Source: Calditrichia bacterium
GTDB taxonomy: Bacteria; Calditrichota; Calditrichia; JAJRVZ01
Length of the DNA: 64,000 bases
NCBI GenBank assembly: GCA_963765585.1
Contig: CAVXXB010000006.1
Location: 68,007 to 132,006, forward strand
Direction: 5' to 3'
The number at the start of each line of letters is the position of its first letter. Position 1 is the stretch's first letter. The notes under the pieces are model-generated. The model saw only the letters and a program-made list of their open reading frames with translations. It ran no database searches and had not been told where the DNA came from. Position numbers and translations under genes: made by a program. Below are positions 20,401 to 31,207 of this stretch, piece by piece.

Positions 20401-20722
20401 AAAGATGAAACCACAGAGCACTCAGAGGAAAACTCTGAGAACTCTAAAAGAATATCCTTTAAGAGATATTACTGAGAAAATAATTTCATGTGCTATTAAA
20501 GTTCACTCATTACTTGGGCCAGGTCCATTAGAATATTCATATTGCCCAGGTTCTCTTACCTGATAGCAGAAAATCTAAAAATCGGATTATTGATCAATTT
20601 TAATGTTGACAAATTAAAAGAAGGAATAAGGAGAGTTATCTTATAAGAGATCACAGAGGGGAGATGATTAAAAATAGCATTAACACAAATAATATTAATT
20701 ATTTACTCAGTGTACTCTGTGG
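20401..20722. mobile_element. Decayed TIR-bounded cassette (~320 bp) carrying a frameshifted 3' fragment of a GxxExxY-family gene
   Basis: Left end CCACAGAGCACTCAGAGG. Right end, reverse-complemented, CCACAGAGTACACTGAG. The interior translates to …IISCAIKVHSLLGPG…LLINFNVDKLKEGIRRVIL, homologous to the intact GxxExxY gene at 30773. Confidence 0.55.
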
Positions 20723-20761
20723 TTATTTTTTACACTACCAATCATCAATAGAGGAGCAATT

Positions 20762-22024
20762 ATGAAGAATTTAATATTACTTCTGATTTTTTGTGTGCTT
20801 ATAGGCATATTACCTGTTCAGGCACAACTTACCGAACAGAATTATTATAACTACCTGCATGAATCTTATTCACGCCAGGATGACAATGTCTATGATTATC
20901 TGATCGAGGAATTCCAGATTTTTCTATTGACCTTTCCCGACTCGCCCAACTCAGATGAAGTTCTGTTTATGCTCGCCTCACTTTATGATGCCAGCAATGA
21001 TAATGAAGAGGCATTTTGTATCTTCATAAAGCTCAAATTTCTTTATCCGAATAGTACCCGCGTGAACGATGCCGTAACCGCAGTAAATGACATCGTTCAC
21101 AATAAAGCCGAAAGAACATTTGAGGATTATAAGACCAAAATTGATGAAAAAGTGACCAATACGCCCCAAAGTCCCGATAAGTTAACTGCACTTTATGAAT
21201 ATCTCAGGTTCTTATATGAACTGAATATTGATGATGTAAATCAGTTTCTGCGTACGGAAATCAAAAACTATCTTCATACCTATTCGGAGAACGCAAAAAA
21301 CAGTGATCAACTGTTTTTATGGATTGCTGATCTCTATGAAAAGGATTCCGATTGGGATGAAGCCATATATTCTTATACAAAGCTAAGCTATCTGTATCCA
21401 AACAGTCCTCTCATGCCGGATGTCATCTTTAAACGTTCCTATGTATTGTATAAGGAAAAACGAGCCTATCAGCAGGCCAGAGATTCATTTATTCGCGTGA
21501 TTACGGACTATCCCGAAAGCGAATCTGCCGCAGAAGCGCAATTTTATCTTGCAGAACTCTATCAGGAAGAACTTGAGAATCCCCAGGAGGCGATCACAAA
21601 CTATCAGGTACTCGTTGAAGCCTATCCCAAAAACTGGCATGCGGTTGAAGCATTGAAACGTGTCGCTGAAATATATTATAGCCAGGAGAAGTATCAGGAT
21701 GCAATAAATTCATATTATCAGATATATGAATTATATCCTGAAAATCCATATACTCCGGATGCATTAATTGAGATCAGTGATTTATATAAAGGCAAACTAA
21801 AAAACTTTGAAAAAACCATCGAAATACTAAAATTATTTGCCGCCCAGTATCCCGAACATGCAGACGCAGCGGAGAGGCTGTTTGAGGCAGGTGAAATTTA
21901 TGAAGACGATCTGGAGCGCAAACAGGCAGCAATTGATACCTACCATGAAGTTAAAAATAAATTTCCTACATCAAAATATGCCGAACGCGCCCAGGATCAC
22001 ATTGACGACATAAGCCAGGAATAG
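20762..22024 (+). CDS. Secreted tetratricopeptide-repeat protein
   Basis: Signal peptide MKNLILLLIFCVLIGILPVQAQ. Repeated ~34-aa TPR-like units rich in Y/A/L (…AEIYYSQEKYQDAI…). Confidence 0.55.
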   Translation: MKNLILLLIFCVLIGILPVQAQLTEQNYYNYLHESYSRQDDNVYDYLIEEFQIFLLTFPDSPNSDEVLFMLASLYDASNDNEEAFCIFIKLKFLYPNSTRVNDAVTAVNDIVHNKAERTFEDYKTKIDEKVTNTPQSPDKLTALYEYLRFLYELNIDDVNQFLRTEIKNYLHTYSENAKNSDQLFLWIADLYEKDSDWDEAIYSYTKLSYLYPNSPLMPDVIFKRSYVLYKEKRAYQQARDSFIRVITDYPESESAAEAQFYLAELYQEELENPQEAITNYQVLVEAYPKNWHAVEALKRVAEIYYSQEKYQDAINSYYQIYELYPENPYTPDALIEISDLYKGKLKNFEKTIEILKLFAAQYPEHADAAERLFEAGEIYEDDLERKQAAIDTYHEVKNKFPTSKYAERAQDHIDDISQE

Positions 22025-22207
22025 CGGGATTATAATATCCTCAGGGAGAGACGCATTGATATGCGTCTAAACTCTGATCATACCAAATACTTTAGAAATC
22101 GCAGCACAATTGTGTAAAAACAAGTATGAACCTGTATAATTAATATTACAATCAAATTGAAACATGTCACTCTTAAGAACATTGGTTAGCCTGCCGAACA
22201 TAAGCGT

Positions 22208-23744
22208 ATGCAAATAAATCATTTTTTAGAAAAATCAGCCGAAAATTTTCCCGATAAAAATGCAATTTGGTATTCAGATAAATGGATAACCTATGGGGAA
22301 TTAGATATTTATGCGAATAAGTTGGCTAATTTTTTTGTTGAAATAGGAATTAACAGAGAAGATCGAATTGCCCTATTAATTGAGAATTCCTTCGAATATG
22401 TCATCAGTTATTTTGCTGTTTTAAAAGTTGGTGGTATCGTCGTTGGATTAAACACTGATACAACAAGTGATGCGCTTGCGTATCTCCTTCAGGATTCAGG
22501 ATCACGGGTTCTTTTAACACAAAAAAAATATTTACGTCATCTATTACCTATTTTATCCGAGCAAAATCACCTTGAGCACATTATAACAGATTTGAGTGCA
22601 ATGGATAAGTTTCAGAACTATCCGGATTGTTCTTTCTGGAATTATGGAGAAATATTTAAAGAATTTCCCTCTTCGAATCCCGGTATAAGATGCATTGACG
22701 TGGACCTTGCAGCATTGGTTTATACATCCGGCAGTACAGGTAAACCGAAAGGGGTAATGCTCACCCACTTAAATATCGTCACAAACACTCAATCAATTGT
22801 TAAATATTTAGAACTAACCGAAAAAGATCGAGTCCTGGTTGTCTTGCCGTTTTTTTACATTTATGGCATGTCTTTACTTAACACCCATATCTATACCGGT
22901 GGCTCATTGGTAATCGACAATCGCTTCGCCTTTCCTAATGTTATCCTTGAAACCCTAAAGAAGACACAAGCTGACAGGATTTGCTGGCGTACCTTCTACA
23001 TTTATGATACTAATCAATAAATCTACAATTAAAAAACAAAAATTCCGTGATCTGCGCTATGTAACACAAGCAGGGGGTGCAATGGCGCCCAGTATTCAGA
23101 AGATTGTCACTAATTTGTTTCATCCAGCAAAACTATACATCATGTACGGAGCAACAGAGGCATCTGCCCGATTATCTTATCTCCAACCTGATCATTTTCA
23201 AAAAAAGATAGGATCGATCGGAAAAGCGATTCCAAATGTAGAGATGTATATTGCCGACGAGCATGGTTCCAGGTTGCCGGCTAATACCGAGGGTGAGATT
23301 GTTGCACGCGGACTAAATATCATGCAAGGTTATTGGAATGATTCTAAGGCAACTAAAGAGGTGTTAAAAAATGGAGTATATTTTACAGGCGATATAGGTA
23401 AAATGGATGATGATGGATTTTTCTATATCATCGGAAGAAAAAAAGACATGATCAAAGTAGGTGGACAAAGAGTTAGTTCAAAAGAAGTAGAAGAAGTCTT
23501 ACTTGAGTTACCAGAAATAAATGAAATTGCCGTAATTGGCTATGCAGATGAATATTTGGGGGAAGCAATTCTTGCTTTCGTGGTAACTAACTCGGAGCAT
23601 GACTTAGCCAGAAAAAGGATTATGTTACATTGTAAAGAACACCTGCCGCAATACAAAACACCGAAAAAGATAATATTTCTTCCTTCCCTGCCAAAAAACG
23701 AATCCGGAAAAATATTAAAAACAAAGACTGAGCGAACACTATAA
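22208..23744 (+). CDS. AMP-dependent acyl-CoA synthetase/ligase, interrupted by a +1 frameshift near 22962..22975
   Basis: ORF1 has the AMP-binding motif YTSGSTGKPKGV. ORF2 has YGATE and GDIGKMDDDGFFYIIGRKKDMIKVGGQRV. The ORF2 frame is open upstream as …TGFAGVPSTFMILINK…, so this is one gene broken in ctaaagaagacacaag. Confidence 0.75.
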
Positions 23745-23870
23745 ATAAATCTCTTTATGAATCATTTTTAATGAAACTGATGGTTTAAATATTTTTGGGT
23801 ATACAAAGATCCTGGTGGTTGGAACCAAGGGGAGACTGTACACAACTTAAGTTTCATGTCTTACAATATT

Positions 23871-24515
23871 TCATAACCTCCAACTTTCATCCAATTTGAT
23901 CATATCTCCCTGCCAATCCATTTTGTTTTCAAATTTTAACCTATTGATCACCCGGGACAAAGTTTCCGGCACCGTGCCAATTGCCGAGGCCACATCTTTT
24001 TTGGATAACTTTGGTTTTATAGTTAATTGGTCACCGTACTGTTCTTTTAAAAAATGGTATAACCGTTCTTCAACATCCTGGGTTGAAAGCATTTGAATTT
24101 TGTGGACGAGATACCGTTGCTTTTGTATTAACATACTGATAAAGGCATCGCGAAAATCTGTTTTACCGAGCAAGTTATTAAATTCTTGTTTGGGAATCAC
24201 AAGCAATTCACTGGTTCTCAAAGCAACCGCACTTACAGGATATTTCTCTTTTTCAAATAGAATGACTTCTGCAAACGTCTCACCTGCCTTGATGGTTTTG
24301 ACGACTGCTTCACGACCTCCGGACTGTATACGATACAGTTTAACATTACCTCGTACACAAAAATAAATAGCAGTACCCGGTTCGCCCTCGATAAAGATGA
24401 CTTCTTTTTTATCATACTCTTTTTTGTAACAGATCTCCGATAGAGATTTGAGATTATTGGCATCGAGGTTCCGGAATAAATCAATTTGCCTGATGTATGT
24501 ATCAATAATATTCAT
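23871..24515 (-). CDS. Crp/Fnr-family transcriptional regulator
   Basis: cNMP-binding beta-barrel (FIEGEPGTAIYFCVRGNVKLY) plus a C-terminal HTH (SKKDVASAIGTVPETLSRVINRL). Likely start MNIIDT at 24515. Confidence 0.8.
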   Translation of the reverse strand: MNIIDTYIRQIDLFRNLDANNLKSLSEICYKKEYDKKEVIFIEGEPGTAIYFCVRGNVKLYRIQSGGREAVVKTIKAGETFAEVILFEKEKYPVSAVALRTSELLVIPKQEFNNLLGKTDFRDAFISMLIQKQRYLVHKIQMLSTQDVEERLYHFLKEQYGDQLTIKPKLSKKDVASAIGTVPETLSRVINRLKFENKMDWQGDMIKLDESWRL

Positions 24516-24589
24516 GCAATTTTCCTTTTTTGTAAAATATCGTCTTTTCTTGATCCGAGTCAAGGAAATAATTTTGAGTGTGTATTATC

Positions 24590-24845
24590 TTATACAAGAT
24601 ACAAGATACAAGATACAGGATTCTGGATGCGGGATACTCGGCACTGGGCACTCGCTCCTCGTTACTGGATGCTGGATGCTGGATGCTGGGTAAAAGATGC
24701 AAGATACAGGATATTTCACAAATGAAAGTGCATGTGAAAAAGCTAGCCCCGAAGGGGCTAAACAATTCTAGCCGTGAGCGTAGCCCACGGTGGATGATAC
24801 ATTTACAACCCATAACCCCGGAGGGGTTAAATTATTGTAGGAGAT
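24590..24845. repeat. Single copy of the ~256-bp structured repeat family (heptamer tract plus hairpins), immediately upstream of the 24850 gene
   Basis: Contains (caagata)n / ggatgct tracts, then AGCCCCGAAGGGGCTAAACAATTCTAGCCGTGAGCGTAGCCCACGGTGGATGATACAT…AACCCCGGAGGGGTTAAAT. Confidence 0.8.
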
Positions 24846-24849
24846 TATA

Positions 24850-25680
24850 ATGATTCGACAGATTATAGAAATAGATGAAGATAAATGTGACGGTTGCGAA
24901 CAGTGTATTCCCGGTTGCCCGGAAGGTGCGATTCAAATGGTCGATGGTAAGGCCAAATTGGTTAATGATGTATATTGCGATGGATTAGGTGCCTGTCTTG
25001 GTAATTGTCCCCAGGGTGCAATTACAGTTATTGAACGTGAAGCGGATGAATATAATGAAGTCGAGGTAATTCAGAATATTATGCAGCAGGGAGATGAGGC
25101 CGTTCAGACACATCTTGAACATCTGCGTGAACATGGTGAAAATGATTTATTACAGATAGCAAAGGATGTGCTGGAAAAATCAGGCAAACCTAGCCAGGGT
25201 TTGGAAATGGCAGCACCAAAACCAAGCGGATGCCCGGGATCCAGAAATATGACTTTTGAAAAACCGGCGGCAGTTACACAAAACACGGAAGCCGTTTCAT
25301 CCGCCCTCACACACTGGCCGATTCAGTTACATCTCATTTCGCCAATGGCACCACAATACGCCGGATCAGATCTGGTTCTGGCTGCAGATTGTGTTGCGTT
25401 TTCTATGGGCGATTTTCATCAAAAATATCTCCAGGGAAAAACACTGGCAATTGCCTGTCCCAAATTGGATAGTTCACAAAATATCTACCTGGAAAAACTA
25501 AAACATATGATTAATGATGCCAAAATTAACACCTTAACAGTTCTAATTATGCAAGTGCCGTGTTGTTCCGGTTTGTTACAAATGGCGCAGCAAGCACTGG
25601 CTCAGGCATCTCGCAAAGTACCTCTAAAAGCTATTGTTGTCGGTATCCAGGGGGATATTCTTCAGGAAGATTGGGTATAA
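24850..25680 (+). CDS. 4Fe-4S dicluster-domain protein (N-terminal ferredoxin-like domain, C-terminal domain of unknown function)
   Basis: N-terminal CDGCEQCIPGCP…CDGLGACLGNCP. 276 aa. Divergent from the Crp/Fnr regulator. Confidence 0.55.
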   Translation: MIRQIIEIDEDKCDGCEQCIPGCPEGAIQMVDGKAKLVNDVYCDGLGACLGNCPQGAITVIEREADEYNEVEVIQNIMQQGDEAVQTHLEHLREHGENDLLQIAKDVLEKSGKPSQGLEMAAPKPSGCPGSRNMTFEKPAAVTQNTEAVSSALTHWPIQLHLISPMAPQYAGSDLVLAADCVAFSMGDFHQKYLQGKTLAIACPKLDSSQNIYLEKLKHMINDAKINTLTVLIMQVPCCSGLLQMAQQALAQASRKVPLKAIVVGIQGDILQEDWV

Positions 25681-25770
25681 TTTAAAATAGTGACATTTCG
25701 CACAACTCAGTTTTTATAATTTGATTTTTTTCTTTCCTTACGTATATTATTTTCATGACGTCAGGCTTAT

Positions 25771-27955
25771 TTGTACCATAAATCACATATATTATTTACC
25801 ATTAACTTTGGAGCAGAAATGTATCGAAAATTATTGATCATTTGGCTTTTAGTAGTGGTATTGATGCCCTCCCTGGTTCATTCCGCAAACCGACTCTATA
25901 TCAGAGATCCCCAAAGTTGGCGTTATGGAACCGGAACCATCGAAGATGCCACCATATCTGTCAAACCAAAGGGCATTTATATGGAGGTCGGCCTTTATTT
26001 GACCATCTCAGCAAAAGGACTAAATTTTTACGGTCAGGAACAGCTGGAGGTAGAACTGGATTTTACCCTGCCGGAAGGGGCTATTATCAAAGATTCATGG
26101 CTATGGGTTGGAGATGATATTATCCGTGGTGAACTCATGGACAAATGGACCGCTTCTTCAATTTATGAAGACATTGTCAATCGCAGAAGAGATCCATCCA
26201 TTTTATTTAAACAATCAGGCACACAATATGAATTGCGTATTTATCCCCTCTCACCAACAGAGCCCAGAAAAGTAAAAATAACCTACCTTGTGCCAGCTCA
26301 ATGGACTGCGAGTGACGTAATCATACCCTTACCAAATCATATTTTAAATCTCTCTTATTATAATCTAAATACTTTTCATGTAATCACATGGCCAGACGAG
26401 ACCTGGCAAAATCCCAGGACTGGTTGAACTTCCAGAAAAATCCTTTGAATTGCGGAAGGATCCCGAAGCCGGTGATTTTTTAGTTGCAGATCTACCTCAG
26501 AGTAATAGTCTTAATTTCTCTGTCGATGCACCTTTTAAACATGGTATATACATCAGCATGTTTGAGGACAAGGGAGATCCATACTATCAAATGGCCATGA
26601 TGCCATCGGCTGCACTGAATATTACTTCATCAAAAAAGGCCGCAATTCTTGTTGACATCGATGGAAATAATACCGGTCTGGAATCCGCAGAATTAATTCA
26701 ATTGATTAAATCCATGCTGCTGTCTTACTTTGATGAGGGTGACTATTTTAATCTGCTTTTTTCCAAGTTATCCATTTACCAGGTAAGCAATAATTGGATC
26801 AGTGCCCATCCGGACACGATTAATCAAATATTTAATTCTATTACAGAGGATGCTATATCTGGTTATAGCAATCTACCGGCACTTTTGTCTGATGGTATTG
26901 ATTTTGTGAAGGACAATGGCAATGACGGTTCTCTGATCCTGTTATCCTCGTCAGATCAGTTGGGTAGCAATGAAGCCGCCAATCAAATGATTGACGATAT
27001 CATGGATCTAATGGATCCGACACTCCAGATTCATATTGGAGATCTGCAGGATAGAAATTATTCATACTATTGGATTGGCGGGCTTTCATACAGGGGAAAT
27101 GAATATTTCTATAAAAATCTAACGAGATTAACCGGCGGCAATTTGTACAGAAGACTCAACATTTCAAGTGATTCACAGGTTTTAACGAACGTATTCCAGG
27201 GACTGGGAGAATTTTTACCTGTCTTCGAAATATATACCAAACTTCAGGATGGCGTTTGTTATGGCAGATATAACTTCAGTGACATGAGTGGATCAACGTA
27301 TCTTCATCAACCGGTGTTACAAGTAGGGAAATTTGAGGGAACGCCACCGTTTATCATCGAAGCATCCGGTATTTATAAAGATGATATCTTTACACAAAAT
27401 TTTGAAGTTGATGAAAGCGGTATCTTTACTGGAGATAGTACTACACGTGAGATTTGGGCAGGTAAATTTGTACAAACCCTTGAGCATCAATCTCAAACAA
27501 ATGATATCGTGGGTGAAATAATTGAGAGGAGTCTTGAGGAGGGAATTCTTTCCCTCTATACCGCATTTTTATGTCTCGAACCATCCATGGGCGGAGAGGT
27601 ATGTTATGATTGTTTTGATGAATCAGACATGGTATCGGTTGAAGATGAGTTGAACCAAACCGAGAGTGACAGCACATTTATAAACGTATTTCCCAATCCT
27701 TTTAATATAGAAACAAAAATTCAGATTAACTTAGGGAAATTAAAGAATGCGCAATCCATCGATCTGAAAATATACAATATCTTAGGTGCTCTGGTTCGTG
27801 ATTTCAATTTGTCCGGGCAGAGTATAAAAAATAATTTTGAAATTATTTGGGATGGAAAAAATAATTCAGGCACGTCGGTTGCCAGTGGAACATACCTGCT
27901 TGTGTTATCTACACCCGATTATAAAAAGTCTCATAAATTGCTGTTGATGAAATAA
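25771..27955 (+). CDS. Secreted VIT/VWA-like protein with T9SS C-terminal sorting domain, split by a frameshift near 26427..26450
   Basis: Signal peptide only on the first ORF (MYRKLLIIWLLVVVLMPSLVHSA). T9SS CTD only on the second (FINVFPNPFNIETKIQINLG…GTYLLVL…). The two ORFs are 23 bp apart in different frames. There is a VWA-like ILVDIDGNNTG motif. Confidence 0.55.
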
Positions 27956-28223
27956 CAAATTTAAAAGCGCTTTCTGCTTTCGGCTATCCGCAATCAGCGA
28001 CTTTTTGTTTATAAGTATTTATCGAAAAATCAGGGCGGAAAGCCGATAGCAGATGGCAGGAAAACAGGATACGGGATACAGGACACAAGAGGCTGGATGC
28101 TGGATAAGAATTTATGTGGTTTTCAATTCAACAATTTCCAACTATCCTGTTATCCTGTCTAAAAAAATATCTGCGCCAAACTATAATTCTCGAACCCAGA
28201 TGTTGCGGTAGCTGACCGGGTTA

Positions 28224-28931
28224 TCATGATCCTGCAGAGAAATTGGCTCTTTCATTTTGTGTGAGTTCATATTTGGGTTCCCCGCGATACACGGTTGATC
28301 CTTTTATTTCAACGTGATTCTGTATCAATACACCATTATGGACTACTGTGATGTATGCAGGAAATTCCAGCAATCCATCTTCAGTAAATCTGGGCGCATT
28401 GTAGAATATGTCATAGGTCTGCCATTCTCCCGGTGGGAGCGATGCATTGACCATGGGAATATGTTGTTTGTAAATACTTCCCGCCTGACCATTCGAATAT
28501 GTCCGGTTCTGGTATGAATCAAGTACTTGTACTTCATATCTGTTTTGCAGAAAAATGCCACTATTACCTCTACCCTGACCTTCCCCTTTTACGATTTTTG
28601 GCGTTCTGAATTCAACATGCAACTGACAATCGCCAAAGCCTCTCTTTGTAAGAATGATTCCAGTTTCGGGTTGAACCACCATTGCGCCATCTTCAAGCTT
28701 CCATTTCACCGGACCGCCATCCTTGTTTGTCCACTGATCAAACGAGGTACCATCAAACAGAACTATGGCATCTGAAGGCGGCTCGCCATTCGTACCGGGT
28801 GTAACCACTGCGGGTTCCGGCTCCCATACCTCTGTTAATTTTGGATCGATTTCATCCTGACCAACACATTGCAGTGAGAACATCATGCTGATAATCAATA
28901 AACCTGCCCACAAACTGTTACGTAATTTCAA
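28224..28931 (-). CDS. DUF1080 (3-keto-disaccharide hydrolase-like, LamG fold) secreted protein
   Basis: Signal peptide. Motifs [28 protein letters not shown] and [12 protein letters not shown] are typical of DUF1080. Confidence 0.65.
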   Translation of the reverse strand: MKLRNSLWAGLLIISMMFSLQCVGQDEIDPKLTEVWEPEPAVVTPGTNGEPPSDAIVLFDGTSFDQWTNKDGGPVKWKLEDGAMVVQPETGIILTKRGFGDCQLHVEFRTPKIVKGEGQGRGNSGIFLQNRYEVQVLDSYQNRTYSNGQAGSIYKQHIPMVNASLPPGEWQTYDIFYNAPRFTEDGLLEFPAYITVVHNGVLIQNHVEIKGSTVYRGEPKYELTQNERANFSAGS

Positions 28932-28984
28932 GTCGACCTCCCAAAAATATCTTTATTTGAAAAATTTAGTAATATAAATATTTG

Positions 28985-29075
28985 ACATATGTAATTAGGA
29001 ACTGGGAATTGGGAACTGGTGATTAATCATCTAATATCCAATTACCAATTCCGAATTCCTAATTTCTAATCTACC
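28985..29075. repeat. Imperfect inverted repeat of GGAACTGGGAATTGG-type oligo repeats around a central TGATTAATCA palindrome
   Basis: …aattaggaactgggaattgggaactggTGATTAATCAtctaatatccaattaccaattccgaattcctaat…. Confidence 0.6.
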
Positions 29076-30584
29076 AAATCTACCGTGAACCTTTTTTTTG
29101 AACCCAATACCGGCGCACTGCGGTCTGCAATCACATATTGATCCAGCACAATTTGCAGTTTTTTAACTACGTCCTGCCGCTCATTCCACAGATTATTTTC
29201 TTCATGTGGATCATTTGACAGATCGAATACCATTCCCGGTTTGTTTGTTATGATCACATCTTCATTGGTATATTTTTGATCCCCATATACAACTTTCCAA
29301 TTTTTATAACGCAGTGCTAATAATCCATCCTCAGCATGATGCACCGTTGCCTCGCGCAGTGGTGTTTCATATTCTTCGCCAAAAAATACTTTTGAGATAT
29401 CATAACTATCGCTGGCTTCAAAATAGGTCAGTTTTTGTCGGGTGATCGAGGCCAGGGTTGCCATAATATCCGTATGACAAATCACTTCATCCGATAATTG
29501 TCCCGGTTTAATACGATCCGGCCAGACAGCAATAAACGGAACCCGATGCCCTCCTTCATACATTTGTCCTTTATGACCATGATAGGTAGAAGATACTGAT
29601 GCCGCATGAACGTGCGATTCATCCTTAGCCGCGCCATTATCACTGGTAATAATGATCAAAGTGTTATCAAAAATGTCTCTCTCTTTAAGGACCGTTACCA
29701 ATTCACCTATCATCCAGTCAAAAAGCCAGATGAGATCGCCATGCGGTCCCCGCTTGCTCTTATTTTTTGCTAATTCTGGTATATGATATGGTGCTCGTGG
29801 TGCATATGGTGTGAAATAAAGAAAAAATGGTTTTTCCGGATTTTTCTCGCGGTGAAAATTGATAAATTCACACGCTTCCCGTGTAAATTTTATGTCCACT
29901 TCTTGTTCGACCCATTCCGGTGAGACCCATGAAGTTTCGGCCCGAACATCTTCATAGGCATGTTTTGACAATGCTTCCGGCAGATTATAGATATGTTTAT
30001 CCGCAACAAAGAAAAATGGTGCATCGGAAAGACTCGCACCAGAAGTATAAAAGGCATGATCAAATCCAAATTCATTCACGCCATAGGTAACCGGCATGGA
30101 GATATTTAATGAATCTTGTCTGGCACCTTTGAGGCTCCAGCCCACACCCAGATTCCATTTACCAGCGAGGTAAGTTATATAACCATGCTCGGCGCATCAT
30201 CATGGGTAAATTTGTAAGAAACGGATCGATCAATGGACGGCCATATCCCTCGTGGCTCGATTTGAGCATGTCCAGACGATAGCCATAACGTCCGGTAATC
30301 AGGGCATAACGGGATGGCAGATCAAATGATGATGACGCATGGGCATCTGTGAATCTTAGACCTGATTCCGCCAGATTATCAATATTTGGTGTGTGAATTC
30401 CGGCATTGGGGTTGTAACAGGAAATATCATCATAGCCAAGATCATCCGCTACAATGAGAATAACATTGGGATCTTTATATTTTTGTTGAGAAGTGGAACA
30501 ACTTGACAAGATTAATGAGAAAATAATGAGGGCTAAATAAAATAATGTCCTAATAGCCTGATGATCTGAGTATTTGGTTTTCAT
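29066..30584 (-). CDS. Sulfatase-family (alkaline-phosphatase superfamily) protein, frameshifted near 30150..30200. The formylglycine-precursor Cys/Ser is replaced by Asp (DLPSR).
   Basis: N-terminal ORF: signal/lipoprotein sequence, ADDLGYDD, then …ASSSFDLPSRYALITGRYGYR, which aligns to the canonical …CSPSRAALLTGRY. The C-terminal ORF is upstream-open as GKWNLGVGWSLKG…, typical of sulfatases. Confidence 0.65.
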
Positions 30585-30671
30585 TTTTGTGCGATTTCGA
30601 AATATGGACTACTCAATAATACGAATTGTAAAACAAAATTAAAAGTAGAAGTTATGGTAGGATTCCATTAA

Positions 30672-31206
30672 CCGCAGTGGACGCAAAGGAAATGAAAATT
30701 CGCAAAGAAATTGGTATGATATTTGTAATATAATTATTCAACAGGTTAGAAAAAAATGGAACTAATTTTATTATGAAAAAGATACTAAATCTTAGTGAGA
30801 ATCAGATATCACATTTAGTCATAAACAAGGCATTAAAAGTTCACAGAACTTTAGGTCCGGGACTATTGGAATCTGCATATTCTAAATGCCTTACCATCGA
30901 ACTTAATAAAGAAAATTTAATCATAGAAAGGGAAAAATATATTTCATTAGAATATGAAGGAATACCTGTAGACAAAGCTTATAAAGTTGATCTAATGATA
31001 AATAATAAAGTTATAATTGAAATTAAAGCTGTCACCTCACTCACAAATGTGCATTTATCTCAAATTTTAACATACCTTAGATTAACTAATTGTAAATTAG
31101 GATTACTCATAAATTTTAATGTCAATTTATTAAAAAATGGTATTCGCAGAGTCGTCAATAATTTATAACTTTGCGTACCTTGCCCATCGTAGCGATCTTT
31201 GCGGTT
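30672..31206. mobile_element. TIR-bounded cassette (~535 bp) carrying an intact GxxExxY-family gene. TTAA on the left flank, TTCTTA on the right.
   Basis: Left end TTAA|CCGCAGTGGACGCAAAGG. Right end …CTTTGCG…GATCTTTGCGG|TTcTTA. Inserted immediately after the GH127 stop codon. Confidence 0.5.
30773..31168 (+). CDS. GxxExxY-family protein (predicted PD-(D/E)XK nuclease fold)
   Basis: 131 aa. GLLESAYSKCL matches the GxxExxY signature. The core …KVDLMINNKVIIEIK… resembles the D..E.K motif. Confidence 0.7.
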   Translation: MKKILNLSENQISHLVINKALKVHRTLGPGLLESAYSKCLTIELNKENLIIEREKYISLEYEGIPVDKAYKVDLMINNKVIIEIKAVTSLTNVHLSQILTYLRLTNCKLGLLINFNVNLLKNGIRRVVNNL

Positions 31207-31207
31207 C

